Source of the DNA: Alphaproteobacteria bacterium
GTDB taxonomy: Bacteria > Pseudomonadota > Alphaproteobacteria > RF32 > CAG-239
Length of the DNA: 64,000 nucleotides
Reading direction: 5' to 3'
Assembly: GCA_045116295.1 (NCBI GenBank)
Contig: JBGULQ010000008.1
Location: 13,147 to 77,146, forward strand
A program made the position numbers and the translations under genes. Below, in pieces: positions 1 through 10,535 of the stretch. Position 1 is the stretch's first letter, and every line of letters starts with the position of its first letter. The notes under the pieces were generated by a model. That model made no database searches, had not been told where the DNA came from, and worked only from the letters and a program-made list of their open reading frames with translations.

Positions 1-383
1 TTAACCATTTTGGGATTGCGCATTGCAAAAAGTAATGCCAGAGTTGATCCCCATGAGCCTCCGCGAACAATAAGCGGCTCTTTGATGTTTAAGTGTTTTA
101 TTAAACGTTCAGCGTCTTCCAAGGCGGCTATTGAGTCATTGTGATCCATCTCTCCTGCAGGCATTGATTTTCCGCAACCGCGCTGGTCAAACATAATTAC
201 ACGGTATTTTTTACGATCAAACGGATATGCTTTTGCAACTTTTGATGTTCCACCAGGGCCACCGTTAAAAATCAACACCGGTATTCCGTCAGGATTGCCA
301 ACTTCCATGAAATATACGCGATGTCCCTCTTTTTCAGGCAGATAACCAGAATTAAAAACACGATGGGTGAATAAGTTAAACAT
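1..383 (-). CDS. pip: proline iminopeptidase (S33 alpha/beta hydrolase), N-terminal 127 codons; continues past the window edge
   Basis: My own translation of the minus strand from the ATG at 383 reads MFNLFTHRVFNSGYLPEKEGHRVYFMEVGNPDGIPVLIFNGGPGG..VIMFDQRGCGKS..VRGGSWGSTLALLFAM. GGPGG, DQRGxGxS and the GGSWG nucleophile elbow match the prolyl aminopeptidase pattern. The gene is truncated, so it is absent from the ORF track. Confidence 0.8.
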   Translation of the reverse strand, partial: MFNLFTHRVFNSGYLPEKEGHRVYFMEVGNPDGIPVLIFNGGPGGTSKVAKAYPFDRKKYRVIMFDQRGCGKSMPAGEMDHNDSIAALEDAERLIKHLNIKEPLIVRGGSWGSTLALLFAMRNPKMV

Positions 384-452
384 TTTTTACCTTTTCTTTA
401 TTTTGTAAATATAATGCAGTATAGACCATAATTATGAAAAAGGAAGTATAAA

Positions 453-1250
453 ATGCGATTGGTAATTAATCCTAATTTTGAAAAATGCTCCAACTGGGTT
501 GCAGATTATGTTGCATATAAGATAAAAGCCGCAAAGCCCACCAAAGAAAAACCTTTTGTTATGGCTCTGCCGGCAGGGAGTTCGCCGCTCAAGATGTTTA
601 AGCGTCTTATTGAGCTGTTCAAAAAAGGAAAAATATCTTTTCAAAATGTCGTATTTTTTAATATGTGCGAATATGTCGGACTGGCTAAAGACAATAAGCA
701 CAGTTTTAATTACTTCCTATGGGACAATTTTTTTAACCATGTCGATGTGAAAAAGAAGAACATTCATCTGCTTGACGGCGAGACTAAAGATTTTGCCAAA
801 GAATGCGCTGATTATGAAAAACTTATCCGTAGTTATGGCGGGATTGATTTGTTGATTGCCGGAGTTGGAGAAGATGGGCACATCGCTTTTAATGAGCCTG
901 GATCATCTTTAGCCTCACGCACAAGACTAAAGGCTCTGACGCGTGACACTATACGAGCTAATGCCAAGGCCTTTGACAACAATGAAAATAATGTGCCAAA
1001 GTTGGCTATTACTATCGGAATTGCAACTATTATGGATGCGCGTGAAGTTATGGTCATTGCTTCAGGTGATCAAAAATCTGAAGCCCTGCAAGGAGCAGTT
1101 GAAGGAAGTGTTAACCATATGTGTCCGTTGAGTATTTTGCAAATGCATCCACACGCTATAATTGCATGTGATGAAGATGCAACATCAAAGCTCAAAGCCA
1201 GCACCGTGCGTTACTTTAATGATAATGAGGCATCAAAATACGGCAGATAA
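453..1250 (+). CDS. nagB: glucosamine-6-phosphate deaminase
   Basis: 265 aa. It has ALPAGSSP and DGHIAFNEPGSSLASRTR motifs and NagB length. An AGGAAG RBS lies upstream. Confidence 0.9.
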   Translation: MRLVINPNFEKCSNWVADYVAYKIKAAKPTKEKPFVMALPAGSSPLKMFKRLIELFKKGKISFQNVVFFNMCEYVGLAKDNKHSFNYFLWDNFFNHVDVKKKNIHLLDGETKDFAKECADYEKLIRSYGGIDLLIAGVGEDGHIAFNEPGSSLASRTRLKALTRDTIRANAKAFDNNENNVPKLAITIGIATIMDAREVMVIASGDQKSEALQGAVEGSVNHMCPLSILQMHPHAIIACDEDATSKLKASTVRYFNDNEASKYGR

Positions 1251-1351
1251 TCCACAAGTAACAATCTGCAATCTTTTGTGTTTTTACTTTAATTAAAGCA
1301 ACGATTAAGCTTGAGGCAAAAGATGTTTAACTTTAAAGAGGATTTTTTATT

Positions 1352-2179
1352 ATGAGTAAAATTCACCCAACAGCAGTTATTGAAAACGGAGCACAAATTG
1401 CCGAAACCGCAGAAATAGGACCTTTTTGCGTAATCAGTTCAAAGGCTAAAATCGGAGAAAATGTGCGTTTGTTGTCAAATGTTACAATTATGGGCGATAC
1501 AACCATCGGTGAAGGTACGGTTGTTTTTCCGGGGGCTGTTTTGGGCGGTGGTCCGCAAGATCACGGCAACGAATTTCAGGAAGGTGCTCGTCTGGTTATC
1601 GGCAAACGTAATGTTATCAGAGAAAACGTTACTATGCAGTGCGGAACTCCGAAAGGTCAAAACCCAATCCGTGGTGAGGAGCCGGAAAAACTGGTGACTC
1701 GTGTCGGTGATGATGGTATGTTTATGGTAAATAGCCATATTGCTCACGACTGCGTCGTCGGAAACAACGTGATTATGACCAATAACGCAGTTATCGGTGG
1801 TCATACTCGTGTCGGCGACGGAGCAATTTTAGGTGGCAACTGCGCCGTTCACCAATTCTGCCGTATCGGTCGCAAAGCTATGATCGGCGGTATGACCGGC
1901 GTTACTCGTGATGTGATTCCGTTTGCTATGGTTACCGGTGATCGCGGTAAATTGCGCGGACTTAACCTTATAGGTATGAAACGCAGCGGTATGGATGAAG
2001 CTACGGTCAAGAGCATTACAAGAGCTTATATGTATTTGTTTAAGTCAAAAGAAGACAACTTTGAAACAAGAGTTGAAAAGGCTAAAGAAAAATATAAAGA
2101 TAATGCTATGGTCATGGAAATTGTTGAGTTTATTGAAGACGCCATGATCGGCAGACGTAATGTATTAACTGCTGAATAG
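1352..2179 (+). CDS. lpxA: acyl-ACP--UDP-N-acetylglucosamine O-acyltransferase
   Basis: 275 aa with hexapeptide-repeat N-terminus (IHPTAVIENGAQIAETAEIGPFCVI...) and a helical C-terminal domain. It is followed by lpxI and lpxB. Confidence 0.9.
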   Translation: MSKIHPTAVIENGAQIAETAEIGPFCVISSKAKIGENVRLLSNVTIMGDTTIGEGTVVFPGAVLGGGPQDHGNEFQEGARLVIGKRNVIRENVTMQCGTPKGQNPIRGEEPEKLVTRVGDDGMFMVNSHIAHDCVVGNNVIMTNNAVIGGHTRVGDGAILGGNCAVHQFCRIGRKAMIGGMTGVTRDVIPFAMVTGDRGKLRGLNLIGMKRSGMDEATVKSITRAYMYLFKSKEDNFETRVEKAKEKYKDNAMVMEIVEFIEDAMIGRRNVLTAE

Positions 2180-2186
2180 GTTTTAG

Positions 2187-3035
2187 ATGGAAAATACACC
2201 GCAGAAAAAACTTGGTATCATCGCCGGGGGAGGAACTCTTCCCCGACGTTTGATTCATTATTGTCAGGAAACGGGACGCAACTTTTTTGTTTTGGCAATT
2301 GAGGGAAATGCCCTGCCCGATTTGGTCGATGACAGTATTCCGCATCTTTGGCTGAGAATGGGACAAGCCGGCACAGGTTTGAAGCGTATGGCTCAGGAAG
2401 GTGTTGAAGAAATTGTTATGATCGGGACAATCCGTCGTCCATCGTTCAAAGATTTGGTGCCGGATTGGAAAACAACGGCATTTTTTGCAAAAGTCGGTCC
2501 GAAAGCTCTGGGCGATGACGGATTGTTACGGGCAGTAATTAAAGAAATTGAAGCGGAAAAAATGCGAGTTGTCGGCATTCAGGAAGTTATGAGCGATTTG
2601 TTGGCAAAACCGGGGATTGTTACCAAGAAAAAACCTTCAAAAGCCGACATTATTGACATTAAACGAGGTGTCGGGGTTGCTTTTGAGTTGGGCAAGCTCG
2701 ATGTCGGGCAATCAGTTGTAGTGCAGGAAGGACTGGTTCTCGGTGTTGAAGGAATTGAAGGTACCGATGAACTGATTAAACGTTGCGGCGGTTATAAAAG
2801 AAAAGGCAGTGGCGGCGTGCTGGTAAAATTACGTAAACCTCAGCAAGATATGCGAATTGATTTGCCGACAATCGGAACGAGAACTATTGAAAACGCAAAA
2901 GCCAGCGGGTTGAATGGTGTTGCGGTGCATGCCGGAAATACGTTGATTGTCGATGAAGAAGAAGTTATAAAAACCGCCAATAAACTGGGAATGTTTATTA
3001 TCGGGATTGAACCGGGAGAGTACCTTGAGCAATAA
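2187..3035 (+). CDS. lpxI: UDP-2,3-diacylglucosamine diphosphatase LpxI (DUF1009)
   Basis: 282 aa, starting LGIIAGGGTLP, with a GVEGIEGTDELI.. motif. It sits between lpxA and lpxB, as in alphaproteobacteria that use LpxI instead of LpxH. Confidence 0.85.
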   Translation: MENTPQKKLGIIAGGGTLPRRLIHYCQETGRNFFVLAIEGNALPDLVDDSIPHLWLRMGQAGTGLKRMAQEGVEEIVMIGTIRRPSFKDLVPDWKTTAFFAKVGPKALGDDGLLRAVIKEIEAEKMRVVGIQEVMSDLLAKPGIVTKKKPSKADIIDIKRGVGVAFELGKLDVGQSVVVQEGLVLGVEGIEGTDELIKRCGGYKRKGSGGVLVKLRKPQQDMRIDLPTIGTRTIENAKASGLNGVAVHAGNTLIVDEEEVIKTANKLGMFIIGIEPGEYLEQ

Positions 3036-4194
3036 GTTGAAAATATATCTGATTGCCGGCGAGCCGTCAGGTGATGCTTTAGGGGCTCGCTTTATGAAGG
3101 CAATGAAAAAGAAAACCAGCGGCAATGTTGAGTTTTTTGGTGTTGGTGGTGAAACCATGGAAGCAGAAGGTTTAAACTCTCTGTTTGATATATCTGATTT
3201 GGCTGTCATGGGGATTGCCGAGGTTATTCCAAGTATTCCGAAGGTTTTAAGGCATATCAAAGAAACCGTAAATGATATCGTGAAAATTAAACCTGATGTG
3301 GTTATTACTATTGATTCATGGAGTTTCGGTTGTCGGGTACAAAAGGCTCTGCGCAAGAAAAAACTGGGTATTCCGCAGGTGCATTATGTAGCTCCGCAGG
3401 TTTGGGCTTGGAAGAAAAAACGTGCCCGCACCATGCACAAATATGTCGATCATTTGCTGACTTTGTTGCCGCAAGAACCAAAATATTTTACTCCTTATGG
3501 GCTAGATACGACTTTTGTCGGACATCCGGTAATCGAAAGTCCGGTTGCCAAAGGAGATAAAGAAAGTTTCAGAAAAAAATATAAGATATCAAAAGATAAA
3601 CGTATTGTATGTATATTACCGGGCTCAAGACATAATGAAGTAGCGACACTGTTACCTATATTTATTGAAACCGCACAAAAACTGAATGCGACATACGATG
3701 ATTTGTTGTTTGTGGTACCGACGGTAAAAACTGTTGAAAAGCGTGTGAAAAACTTGATGGAAAATTGCGGTTTTGAAACATTGATTGTAGAAGGAAGTGA
3801 AGACCGCCATAATGCAATGTGTGCCTCTGCTGCGGCAATTGCGGCTTCAGGAACGGTGGCGTTGGAATTGGCAATTGCAAACGTGCCGCATATTATAGGT
3901 TATAAAGTATCCCGTCTTACGGCTTTTTTGGTCAAGCGCTTAATGCATATTCAGTTTGTTAATCTTTCTAATATTTTACTCGGGCGGGAGATTGTGCCGG
4001 AATTGTTGCAAGATGCTTGTGTGCCGGACAATATAGCCAGATATATCAAGAGATTTTTGGAGCAAGACGACTTGTATCGCCATGAAATTGATGGTTTTAA
4101 GAAAGTGCGTGAGGTATTGGGTTTGGGAGAGCAAACACCAAGTGAAAACGCCTGCGACGTCATACTGAATTTGATAGAAAAGAACAAGCAATAA
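3007..4194 (+). CDS. lpxB: lipid-A-disaccharide synthase
   Basis: 395-aa ORF with the IAGEPSGD N-terminal motif and GT19 length. The start is uncertain: in-frame TTG codons occur at 3007, 3025 and 3037, and no ATG precedes the conserved motif. Confidence 0.9.
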   Translation: MNRESTLSNKLKIYLIAGEPSGDALGARFMKAMKKKTSGNVEFFGVGGETMEAEGLNSLFDISDLAVMGIAEVIPSIPKVLRHIKETVNDIVKIKPDVVITIDSWSFGCRVQKALRKKKLGIPQVHYVAPQVWAWKKKRARTMHKYVDHLLTLLPQEPKYFTPYGLDTTFVGHPVIESPVAKGDKESFRKKYKISKDKRIVCILPGSRHNEVATLLPIFIETAQKLNATYDDLLFVVPTVKTVEKRVKNLMENCGFETLIVEGSEDRHNAMCASAAAIAASGTVALELAIANVPHIIGYKVSRLTAFLVKRLMHIQFVNLSNILLGREIVPELLQDACVPDNIARYIKRFLEQDDLYRHEIDGFKKVREVLGLGEQTPSENACDVILNLIEKNKQ

Positions 4195-4195
4195 A

Positions 4196-5266
4196 TTATT
4201 GCAAATATAAGTCGCTGTTTTTGTAGTTCTCGATGGCGTGGCGAATCAGAACGCCGATAACTGCGGCAACCGGAACGGCAATCATCAAGCCCAAAAAACC
4301 AAGCAAAACACCGCCGGCCAGCAAGGCAAACATTACCCATACGGGGTGTAAGCCGACGTTGTCACCAACCAGTTTAGGTGTGAGGAAGTTGCCTTCCAAA
4401 AACTGACCAACCAAAAATACACAGATTACGGCAACAAACGGTCCCCAAGTGTTAAATTGGGCAACAGCTAAGGCCATGCTCATCAAAAAGCCGGAAATGC
4501 TCCCGACATAAGGAATAAACGAGATTAAACCAGCTAAAAAGCCAACCATCAGTCCAAGGTCAAGCCCGCAGAGATGAAGTCCGATAGCATAAAAACTGCC
4601 TAAAATAATGCAGACGCTAACCTGCCCGCGGATAAAACCGGCTAAGGTGCGGTCAATTTCGCGAGCTTGTGTTTCGATGGTCTTTTTATATTTACGCGGT
4701 AAAAGACTGCGGATTTTGGCAATAAAATTATCCCAATCACGCAACATATAAAAAGCAACAACCGGTGTAATCAACAACAAAGATATGAGATTGATAATCG
4801 CCATGCCACCGGAAACCAAGCTTTTTACCAGTGAACCGAACAATTTTAAGTTATTAGACATATTGGAACGCAAATAATCTTTTACCTTATCAGCCTGTAA
4901 GCCCGGAAACTCCTCCTGAAGTTTTATTAATACCGGTTCAAACTTTTTGACCAGAGATGAAACATAACTAGGCACAGCACTAATAAATGTAGTTACCTGA
5001 CTATCAATCATATTTATCAATAAAATTAAGGTCGGTACGGCAATTATAATAACCAAAAGCATGACCAGTATGGTCGCAAGTGTGCGGTTGACTCCTTTTT
5101 TTTCAAGGCGAGAGGCAAGCGGATCAAGCAGATAGCCGATAACGATACCGGCCACAAACGGCAATAAGACCGAGCGCAAAACATATACTGCAGCGCAAAA
5201 GAATATAAATAGTGAAATCCAAAAAACAGAATTAGATCTTAGTCCGGTTGATGCCGCTTTAGCCAT
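4196..5266 (-). CDS. AI-2E (PerM/YhhT) family transporter
   Basis: 356 aa and multi-TM. It has the LLPFVAGIVIGYLLDP and C-terminal LVGDNVGLHPVWVMFALLAGG patterns typical of the family. Confidence 0.8.
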   Translation of the reverse strand: MAKAASTGLRSNSVFWISLFIFFCAAVYVLRSVLLPFVAGIVIGYLLDPLASRLEKKGVNRTLATILVMLLVIIIAVPTLILLINMIDSQVTTFISAVPSYVSSLVKKFEPVLIKLQEEFPGLQADKVKDYLRSNMSNNLKLFGSLVKSLVSGGMAIINLISLLLITPVVAFYMLRDWDNFIAKIRSLLPRKYKKTIETQAREIDRTLAGFIRGQVSVCIILGSFYAIGLHLCGLDLGLMVGFLAGLISFIPYVGSISGFLMSMALAVAQFNTWGPFVAVICVFLVGQFLEGNFLTPKLVGDNVGLHPVWVMFALLAGGVLLGFLGLMIAVPVAAVIGVLIRHAIENYKNSDLYLQ

Positions 5267-5906
5267 TATAATCTCCCATTGTACTGTATGAATTCTCTAT
5301 ATTTTTGAGAATGTACAGTCCGTCATTATTATATAGTGAAAACCCCATAGTTTCCAGCTGTTGATTGAGCTCATCAAGAGAACCAAGATAATTGATTTTG
5401 AACTGGGCTTTATCATTTGACATAGCAATTGTTTCTATGTTTTCAATATTTTTTATGGATTTTAACTGTCTTTCAAGGTTCAACCATGACGATAGAGTCG
5501 GGAATACATATAAAACCTCGATACTCTCAGATGATAGCTCTTCGGCCACGCCCTTTTCCTCAAGATATTGACGGAGAATGTTGTCTTGAATGGTGATTTT
5601 AAGACTGGCAATGTAACGTACGTCAGATGATTTTTCCTCCAATACTGTGGTATCTTTGATAAAGTAGGCAATCTGCTCGTTGCTCAGCGATTTAATTAAG
5701 TCTATACCAGATTGGGTTGCCAACATGGGAGCAACATTATTGAGTGCGCGACGATTGGCGTCAAGCATTGCTTTTTCTTTTGCAGTGGCCGCATTTACAT
5801 CGGTTACATCAACATTAACAATGCTACTGTATTCTTCAGAGGCATTGGCATGAAAGGTCGATAACGACAGCAACAAACATAAACAAGCGCAACAATATTT
5901 CATCAT
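5259..5906 (-). CDS. secreted hypothetical protein (possibly DUF2066-like)
   Basis: 215 aa with an N-terminal signal peptide (MMKYCCACLCLLLSLSTFHANA). It overlaps the perM-like start by 8 nt. Confidence 0.6.
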   Translation of the reverse strand: MMKYCCACLCLLLSLSTFHANASEEYSSIVNVDVTDVNAATAKEKAMLDANRRALNNVAPMLATQSGIDLIKSLSNEQIAYFIKDTTVLEEKSSDVRYIASLKITIQDNILRQYLEEKGVAEELSSESIEVLYVFPTLSSWLNLERQLKSIKNIENIETIAMSNDKAQFKINYLGSLDELNQQLETMGFSLYNNDGLYILKNIENSYSTMGDYNG

Positions 5907-6048
5907 TTTCTCCCGTTGGTTAACAGATCAGTTGTTCAACTGGTGGTAATGTTAGCTTATTTTATCCTAAAAATCAAAACTTTTTATAGACTTTTTAATT
6001 AATTCGTTGTTTATTACCGGTAGTTAAATTTTTATTGGGGAATGTCTT

Positions 6049-7053
6049 ATGGAACAAACTCTTTTTGTAAAAAAAATAATTGAAAAAGCAAAACAAGATA
6101 TAAAAACAATTGTTTTGCCGGAAGGCGAAGATGAACGTATCTTGAAAGCCGCACGTGAAGTTGCTCAGATTAAGGCCGCAAAGTTAATAATTTTGGGCAA
6201 TAAAGACGAGATTGAAACTTATTTTGCAAAAAATAACTGGGATTTGAACGGAATTGAGATTATTGAACCGGAAAAGTCTGCTGACTTGCAAAAATATGCA
6301 GATATGTTTTATGAAATGCGTAAGGAAAAAGGCGTTACTCCTGAAGACGCTTTCAAACAAATGCACAACTATAACTACTTTGCTACAATGATGATTAAAG
6401 CTGGAAAAGCTGACGGCATGGTTTCGGGTGCAGCTCACTCAACAGCCGATACAGTGCGCCCTGCACTACAGATTATTAAATCTAAGAAAAAAGGTCGTTC
6501 GGTTTCATCGGCATTTATCATTGTTTCGAATGACAAGCCATATGTGTTTTCTGATTGCGCAATCATTATTGATCCGACTTCGCAAGAGCTGGCTGATATT
6601 GCAATCGATGCGGCAGAAACAGCCATTCAATTCGGAATTGAGCCAAATGTGGCCATGCTTTCTTTTTCTACCAAAGGTTCGGCCAAGCACGAAAAAGTTA
6701 ACAAAGTGGTTGAAGCCACAAAGCTGGCGCAGGAACAGTTAAAACTGCCGGAATATAAGGATCTGGGCATTAAACTTGATGGGGAATTACAGCTTGATGC
6801 TGCTGTCGACTCGGTTGTTGCCGCTAAAAAAGCTAACGGAAGCGAAGTTGCCGGTAAAGCAAGTGTTTTGATTTTTCCAGATATCAATGCAGGAAATATC
6901 GGATATAAACTCTGTCAGCGTATCGGCGGTGCTGAAGCATACGGACCGTTTTTACAAGGTTTGAATGCGCCGGTAAACGACTTATCTCGAGGTGCATTGG
7001 TTGAGGATATTGTCGGAATGATTGCAATTACTTGCATACAAGCGCAAAAATAA
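6049..7053 (+). CDS. pta: phosphate acetyltransferase
   Basis: 334 aa, PTA_PTB-only short form. It has GMVSGAAHSTADTVRPALQIIK and the SRGALVEDIV tail, and sits directly upstream of ackA. Confidence 0.9.
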   Translation: MEQTLFVKKIIEKAKQDIKTIVLPEGEDERILKAAREVAQIKAAKLIILGNKDEIETYFAKNNWDLNGIEIIEPEKSADLQKYADMFYEMRKEKGVTPEDAFKQMHNYNYFATMMIKAGKADGMVSGAAHSTADTVRPALQIIKSKKKGRSVSSAFIIVSNDKPYVFSDCAIIIDPTSQELADIAIDAAETAIQFGIEPNVAMLSFSTKGSAKHEKVNKVVEATKLAQEQLKLPEYKDLGIKLDGELQLDAAVDSVVAAKKANGSEVAGKASVLIFPDINAGNIGYKLCQRIGGAEAYGPFLQGLNAPVNDLSRGALVEDIVGMIAITCIQAQK

Positions 7054-7080
7054 ATCAATAACGATAAAGGATATTAAATA

Positions 7081-8265
7081 ATGGATAAAATTTTGGTTTT
7101 GAACTCCGGATCTTCTTCTTTGAAGTATCAGCTGTTCAATGTTGATGGTGAAAAATATGAAGTTGTTGCCAAAGGTTTGGCTGAACGTATCGGTATCGAG
7201 GGCTCATTTGTCAGCATCAAAATCGGTAATGGTGATAAGGTAATCAAAGAGGTGGCTTTGGCTTCTCACCAAGAAGCAATTAAAGAAGTTTTTGATTTGT
7301 TGCTGCAAGGGCCTTTGACAAGTATGAAAGAACTTTCCGGTGTTGGGCATCGTGTTGTTCACGGCGGTGAATATTTTGATCGTTCCGTTTTAGTTACTGA
7401 TGAAGTAATTGACCGCATTGCTGAACTGTGCACATTGGCTCCTTTACATAATCCGGCTGCGCTTTTGGGGATTAAGGCGGTCAAATCTTTACTGCCTGAT
7501 GTTCCGCAAGTTGTGGCTTTTGATACAGCTTTTCACCAAACAATGCAACCGGAAGCATATATGTATGCTTTGCCTAAAGAGCAATATACAAAGTACAAAA
7601 TTCGTCGCTATGGTGCACACGGCACTTCACACCAGTTTGTTGCCCGTGAAGCCAATAAACTTATCGGCAATCCGGAACATAGCAAAATTATTACCTGCCA
7701 TATTGGAAACGGTGCCTCGATTACAGCCGTAAAGGACGGAAAATGCATGGACACTTCTATGGGCTTTACGCCATTGGCCGGTGTGGTCATGGGTACACGT
7801 TCGGGTGATGTTGATCCCTTTGTTCCGCTTTATATTATGAAGAGCCAAAACAAAACCGTTGAAGAAGTTGATAACCTGCTTAACAAACAATCGGGAATGT
7901 TCGGACTGTGCGGATATTCTGACAACCGTGATGTTGAAGTCAGATATTTTGCAGGGGAACAAGATGCAATCGTAGCAATGCAGGTATATTGCTATAGTAT
8001 TGTCAAATATATCGGCGCATATACCGCTTCTATGGGAGGTGTTGATGCCATTGTCTTTACCGGCGGTGTCGGTGAAAACGGAAGTGAAGTACGCAAGTTG
8101 GTATGTGAGCGTTTGGCGTTTATGGGAATTGAACTTGATGAAGAAGCCAACAAACTGCGTGGTAAGACCGTTGAGATTTCAAAAACCGGATCAAAAGTCA
8201 GAGTTTTTGTTATTCCTACAAATGAAGAGTTGGTTATTGCTCAGGATACTAAAAAACTGATTTAG
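7081..8265 (+). CDS. ackA: acetate kinase
   Basis: 394 aa with ILVLNSGSSSLKYQLF, RVVHGG and HIGNGASI..GTRSGDVDP motifs. Confidence 0.95.
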   Translation: MDKILVLNSGSSSLKYQLFNVDGEKYEVVAKGLAERIGIEGSFVSIKIGNGDKVIKEVALASHQEAIKEVFDLLLQGPLTSMKELSGVGHRVVHGGEYFDRSVLVTDEVIDRIAELCTLAPLHNPAALLGIKAVKSLLPDVPQVVAFDTAFHQTMQPEAYMYALPKEQYTKYKIRRYGAHGTSHQFVAREANKLIGNPEHSKIITCHIGNGASITAVKDGKCMDTSMGFTPLAGVVMGTRSGDVDPFVPLYIMKSQNKTVEEVDNLLNKQSGMFGLCGYSDNRDVEVRYFAGEQDAIVAMQVYCYSIVKYIGAYTASMGGVDAIVFTGGVGENGSEVRKLVCERLAFMGIELDEEANKLRGKTVEISKTGSKVRVFVIPTNEELVIAQDTKKLI

Positions 8266-8285
8266 TCAATCATATTCTTTTGCAA

Positions 8286-8317
8286 AAAAGCCGTCGTCAT
8301 AATTCGACGGCTTTTTT
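8286..8317 (+). terminator. intrinsic terminator after ackA
   Basis: The stem agccgtcg/cgacggct is followed by a T-run. Confidence 0.7.
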
Positions 8318-8372
8318 GTTACTTGAAAAAAAGATAAATCAGAAATATATCGACTTAAGGAGGGACAATATT

Positions 8373-8828
8373 ATGTGGCAGTATTTATTATTGGCCGGAT
8401 TTACGGCTTTTAGTGCCAATGCGCAGGACGTAATTGAAACTTTGGCAAATGAGAATAGTGAAACAGTTGTGTTTGGTGAAGCTCAAAATGCTAACGGAAG
8501 CGTGAACGAAGTTTTATTGGAGCAGCCAAAAAATGCCGGTAACCCATTGGGAAACCCCATTCCGGATTATGTTCCGCAAACTAATAACCAGCAGATTATT
8601 CATGCTCAGGCAACTCCTTTGCAAGATATAAGCGGGGTATCGCAAGTTAGTGAGCAAAACCCGTCCGACAGCCAGATGACACCGGCGCAGATGAACAATG
8701 AAATACAGAACAAATTGTATCAAGAAGGCAACCGTATTTATGACGTGCAGTCATATCCGGCATCTGACCTTGAAACTATTAATAAAAACGGGCAAGATGA
8801 AGCTATAACCAACTATCCGGCTTATTAA
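8373..8828 (+). CDS. secreted Q/N/P-rich hypothetical protein
   Basis: I place the start at the ATG at 8373, preceded by AAGGAGGG. The protein has an MWQYLLLAGFTAFSANAQ signal peptide. The longer track ORF from 8280 would run across the ackA terminator. Confidence 0.6.
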   Translation: MWQYLLLAGFTAFSANAQDVIETLANENSETVVFGEAQNANGSVNEVLLEQPKNAGNPLGNPIPDYVPQTNNQQIIHAQATPLQDISGVSQVSEQNPSDSQMTPAQMNNEIQNKLYQEGNRIYDVQSYPASDLETINKNGQDEAITNYPAY

Positions 8829-9634
8829 ATATAGCCGCAGCTGTAAAGCAACAAAAATATACCTAAACCGATACGATAAATTACAAACGGTAAAAAAGTA
8901 CGAGTTTTAAGCCATTGCATCATGACCCCGATTGCAAAAAGTGATGCCAAGAAAGAAAAGAAAATACCTTGAGAAGCTACAAAAAGGGAGACATCTCCGC
9001 CGTGTTTAATTATATCATACAAAACCAACAACCCTGCTCCGGCAATGGTGGGAACAGATAATAACATACAAAACTTGGCAGCCTCTCGGCGTTCTATGCC
9101 CAATAGGCGGCTTGTGGTAATGGTGATACCGGAGCGTGAAGTTCCCGGAATTAAGGCAAAGCACTGAGCCATACCGATAATAAGTGCATCTTTCCAATCC
9201 ATATCGTCAATTTTGCGAACAGAGGCGGCATAGCGGTCAGCAACCCACAGAATTATGCCAAAAGCAAGGATATTCCAGCCGATGATTTTGGTACTGCGCA
9301 AAGCATCTGTGCCATGATAATGCAAAGCAAGACCTACAAATACAGCCGGAATTGTGCCGATAACTACCAACCAGAATAAGCGACAGCCATAAGTTTGCAT
9401 ATTGGGAATAAATTTAGTTTTGAACAAATCGACCAATATGCGCCATATGTCTTTGAAAAAATATAGCATTACAGCAATAATTGAGCCAATATGTACGGCA
9501 ACGTCCATATCGAGTCCCTGATCAGGGAAAGAGGTGAATTTAGAAACCAAAATCAGATGCCCCGAGGAGCTGACCGGCAAAAATTCGGTTAACCCCTGCA
9601 CTACCGATAATACGATGATTTGTAATAAACTCAT
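8825..9634 (-). CDS. uppP: undecaprenyl-diphosphate phosphatase
   Basis: 269 aa with QGLTEFLPVSSSGHL and PGTSRSGITI motifs. Confidence 0.95.
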   Translation of the reverse strand: MSLLQIIVLSVVQGLTEFLPVSSSGHLILVSKFTSFPDQGLDMDVAVHIGSIIAVMLYFFKDIWRILVDLFKTKFIPNMQTYGCRLFWLVVIGTIPAVFVGLALHYHGTDALRSTKIIGWNILAFGIILWVADRYAASVRKIDDMDWKDALIIGMAQCFALIPGTSRSGITITTSRLLGIERREAAKFCMLLSVPTIAGAGLLVLYDIIKHGGDVSLFVASQGIFFSFLASLFAIGVMMQWLKTRTFLPFVIYRIGLGIFLLLYSCGYI

Positions 9635-9635
9635 T

Positions 9636-10535
9636 TTATTCTCCCATATAAGTGCCGTTAATGGTTTGGCATTTTTTATTGTTTATATCCAGCAAAGAGT
9701 GAGGGCGAAAACGCACATTGTTTAAGGACGCTCCCCAATGCAAATGCGGTCCGGTGGCGCGTCCAGTTTTGCCGACAAGTCCGATAATGTCGCCTTGTTT
9801 GACAATATCACCCTCTTTTACTTTGGCTTCTTTTAAGTGGGCATAAATGGTTTGTAAACCTTGCCCGTGGTCGATTATAACCATATTGCCGGTGTAAAAA
9901 TAATTTTTACCGCTCAAAATAACCTTGCCATCACCTGAGGCTTTGACGGGCGTTCCCTCGGTGGCGGCAATATCTGTACCGCTGTGAGGGCTTTTTGGGG
10001 TACCGTTAAAAATTCTTTGGTTGCCGAAATGACCGCTGATACGCCCCTCAACCGGCAAAATAAAGCCGTTTTTCCAATAATCTCCGGCGATGTAGCTGGT
10101 TAAGGAACGCCCGACATCTTTTTGCTCACGCAAAATTTCGGCATCATGGCTCTTGTCCGGAGTTACCTTTGATTGAGCTACACCATTAATTCTTTGAATA
10201 TTCCATTGATTGGGGGCAATTTTCAACTCATAAAATGTACCGGCTTCAATATGAGGATAACTGCCGATGGTAACGGTTGTCGGGGTATCACGATGAAAAG
10301 CCAACAAAGCAACCCCGTCCGATGTAACTTTATAATCTTTTTTATTTTTAGGACGGTATGAAATGTCCGATAGTTTGTTAATGCTTTCTCCACTAAACAA
10401 AGTTATTGCCTTGGCATTAGAATCTTTAATCAACACTAATTCGCCTTGTTTTAAATCTCCGCATATTTCAATAGCGTTAGCGGTTTGAATAAAAGTAAAA
10501 CTATAAATTATCGAACAAATCACCTTGTAATTCAT
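9636..10535 (-). CDS. M23 family metallopeptidase (secreted)
   Basis: 299 aa with a signal peptide. It has HSGTDIAA..., GNMVIIDHGQGLQTIYAHL and TGPHLHW LytM-type motifs. Confidence 0.85.
   Translation of the reverse strand: MNYKVICSIIYSFTFIQTANAIEICGDLKQGELVLIKDSNAKAITLFSGESINKLSDISYRPKNKKDYKVTSDGVALLAFHRDTPTTVTIGSYPHIEAGTFYELKIAPNQWNIQRINGVAQSKVTPDKSHDAEILREQKDVGRSLTSYIAGDYWKNGFILPVEGRISGHFGNQRIFNGTPKSPHSGTDIAATEGTPVKASGDGKVILSGKNYFYTGNMVIIDHGQGLQTIYAHLKEAKVKEGDIVKQGDIIGLVGKTGRATGPHLHWGASLNNVRFRPHSLLDINNKKCQTINGTYMGE

Noticed and set aside
8280-8372. The longer version of the ORF at 8280..8828.
   Set aside because: It would begin inside the ackA terminator hairpin. The ATG at 8373 has a strong AAGGAGGG RBS and yields a clean signal peptide.
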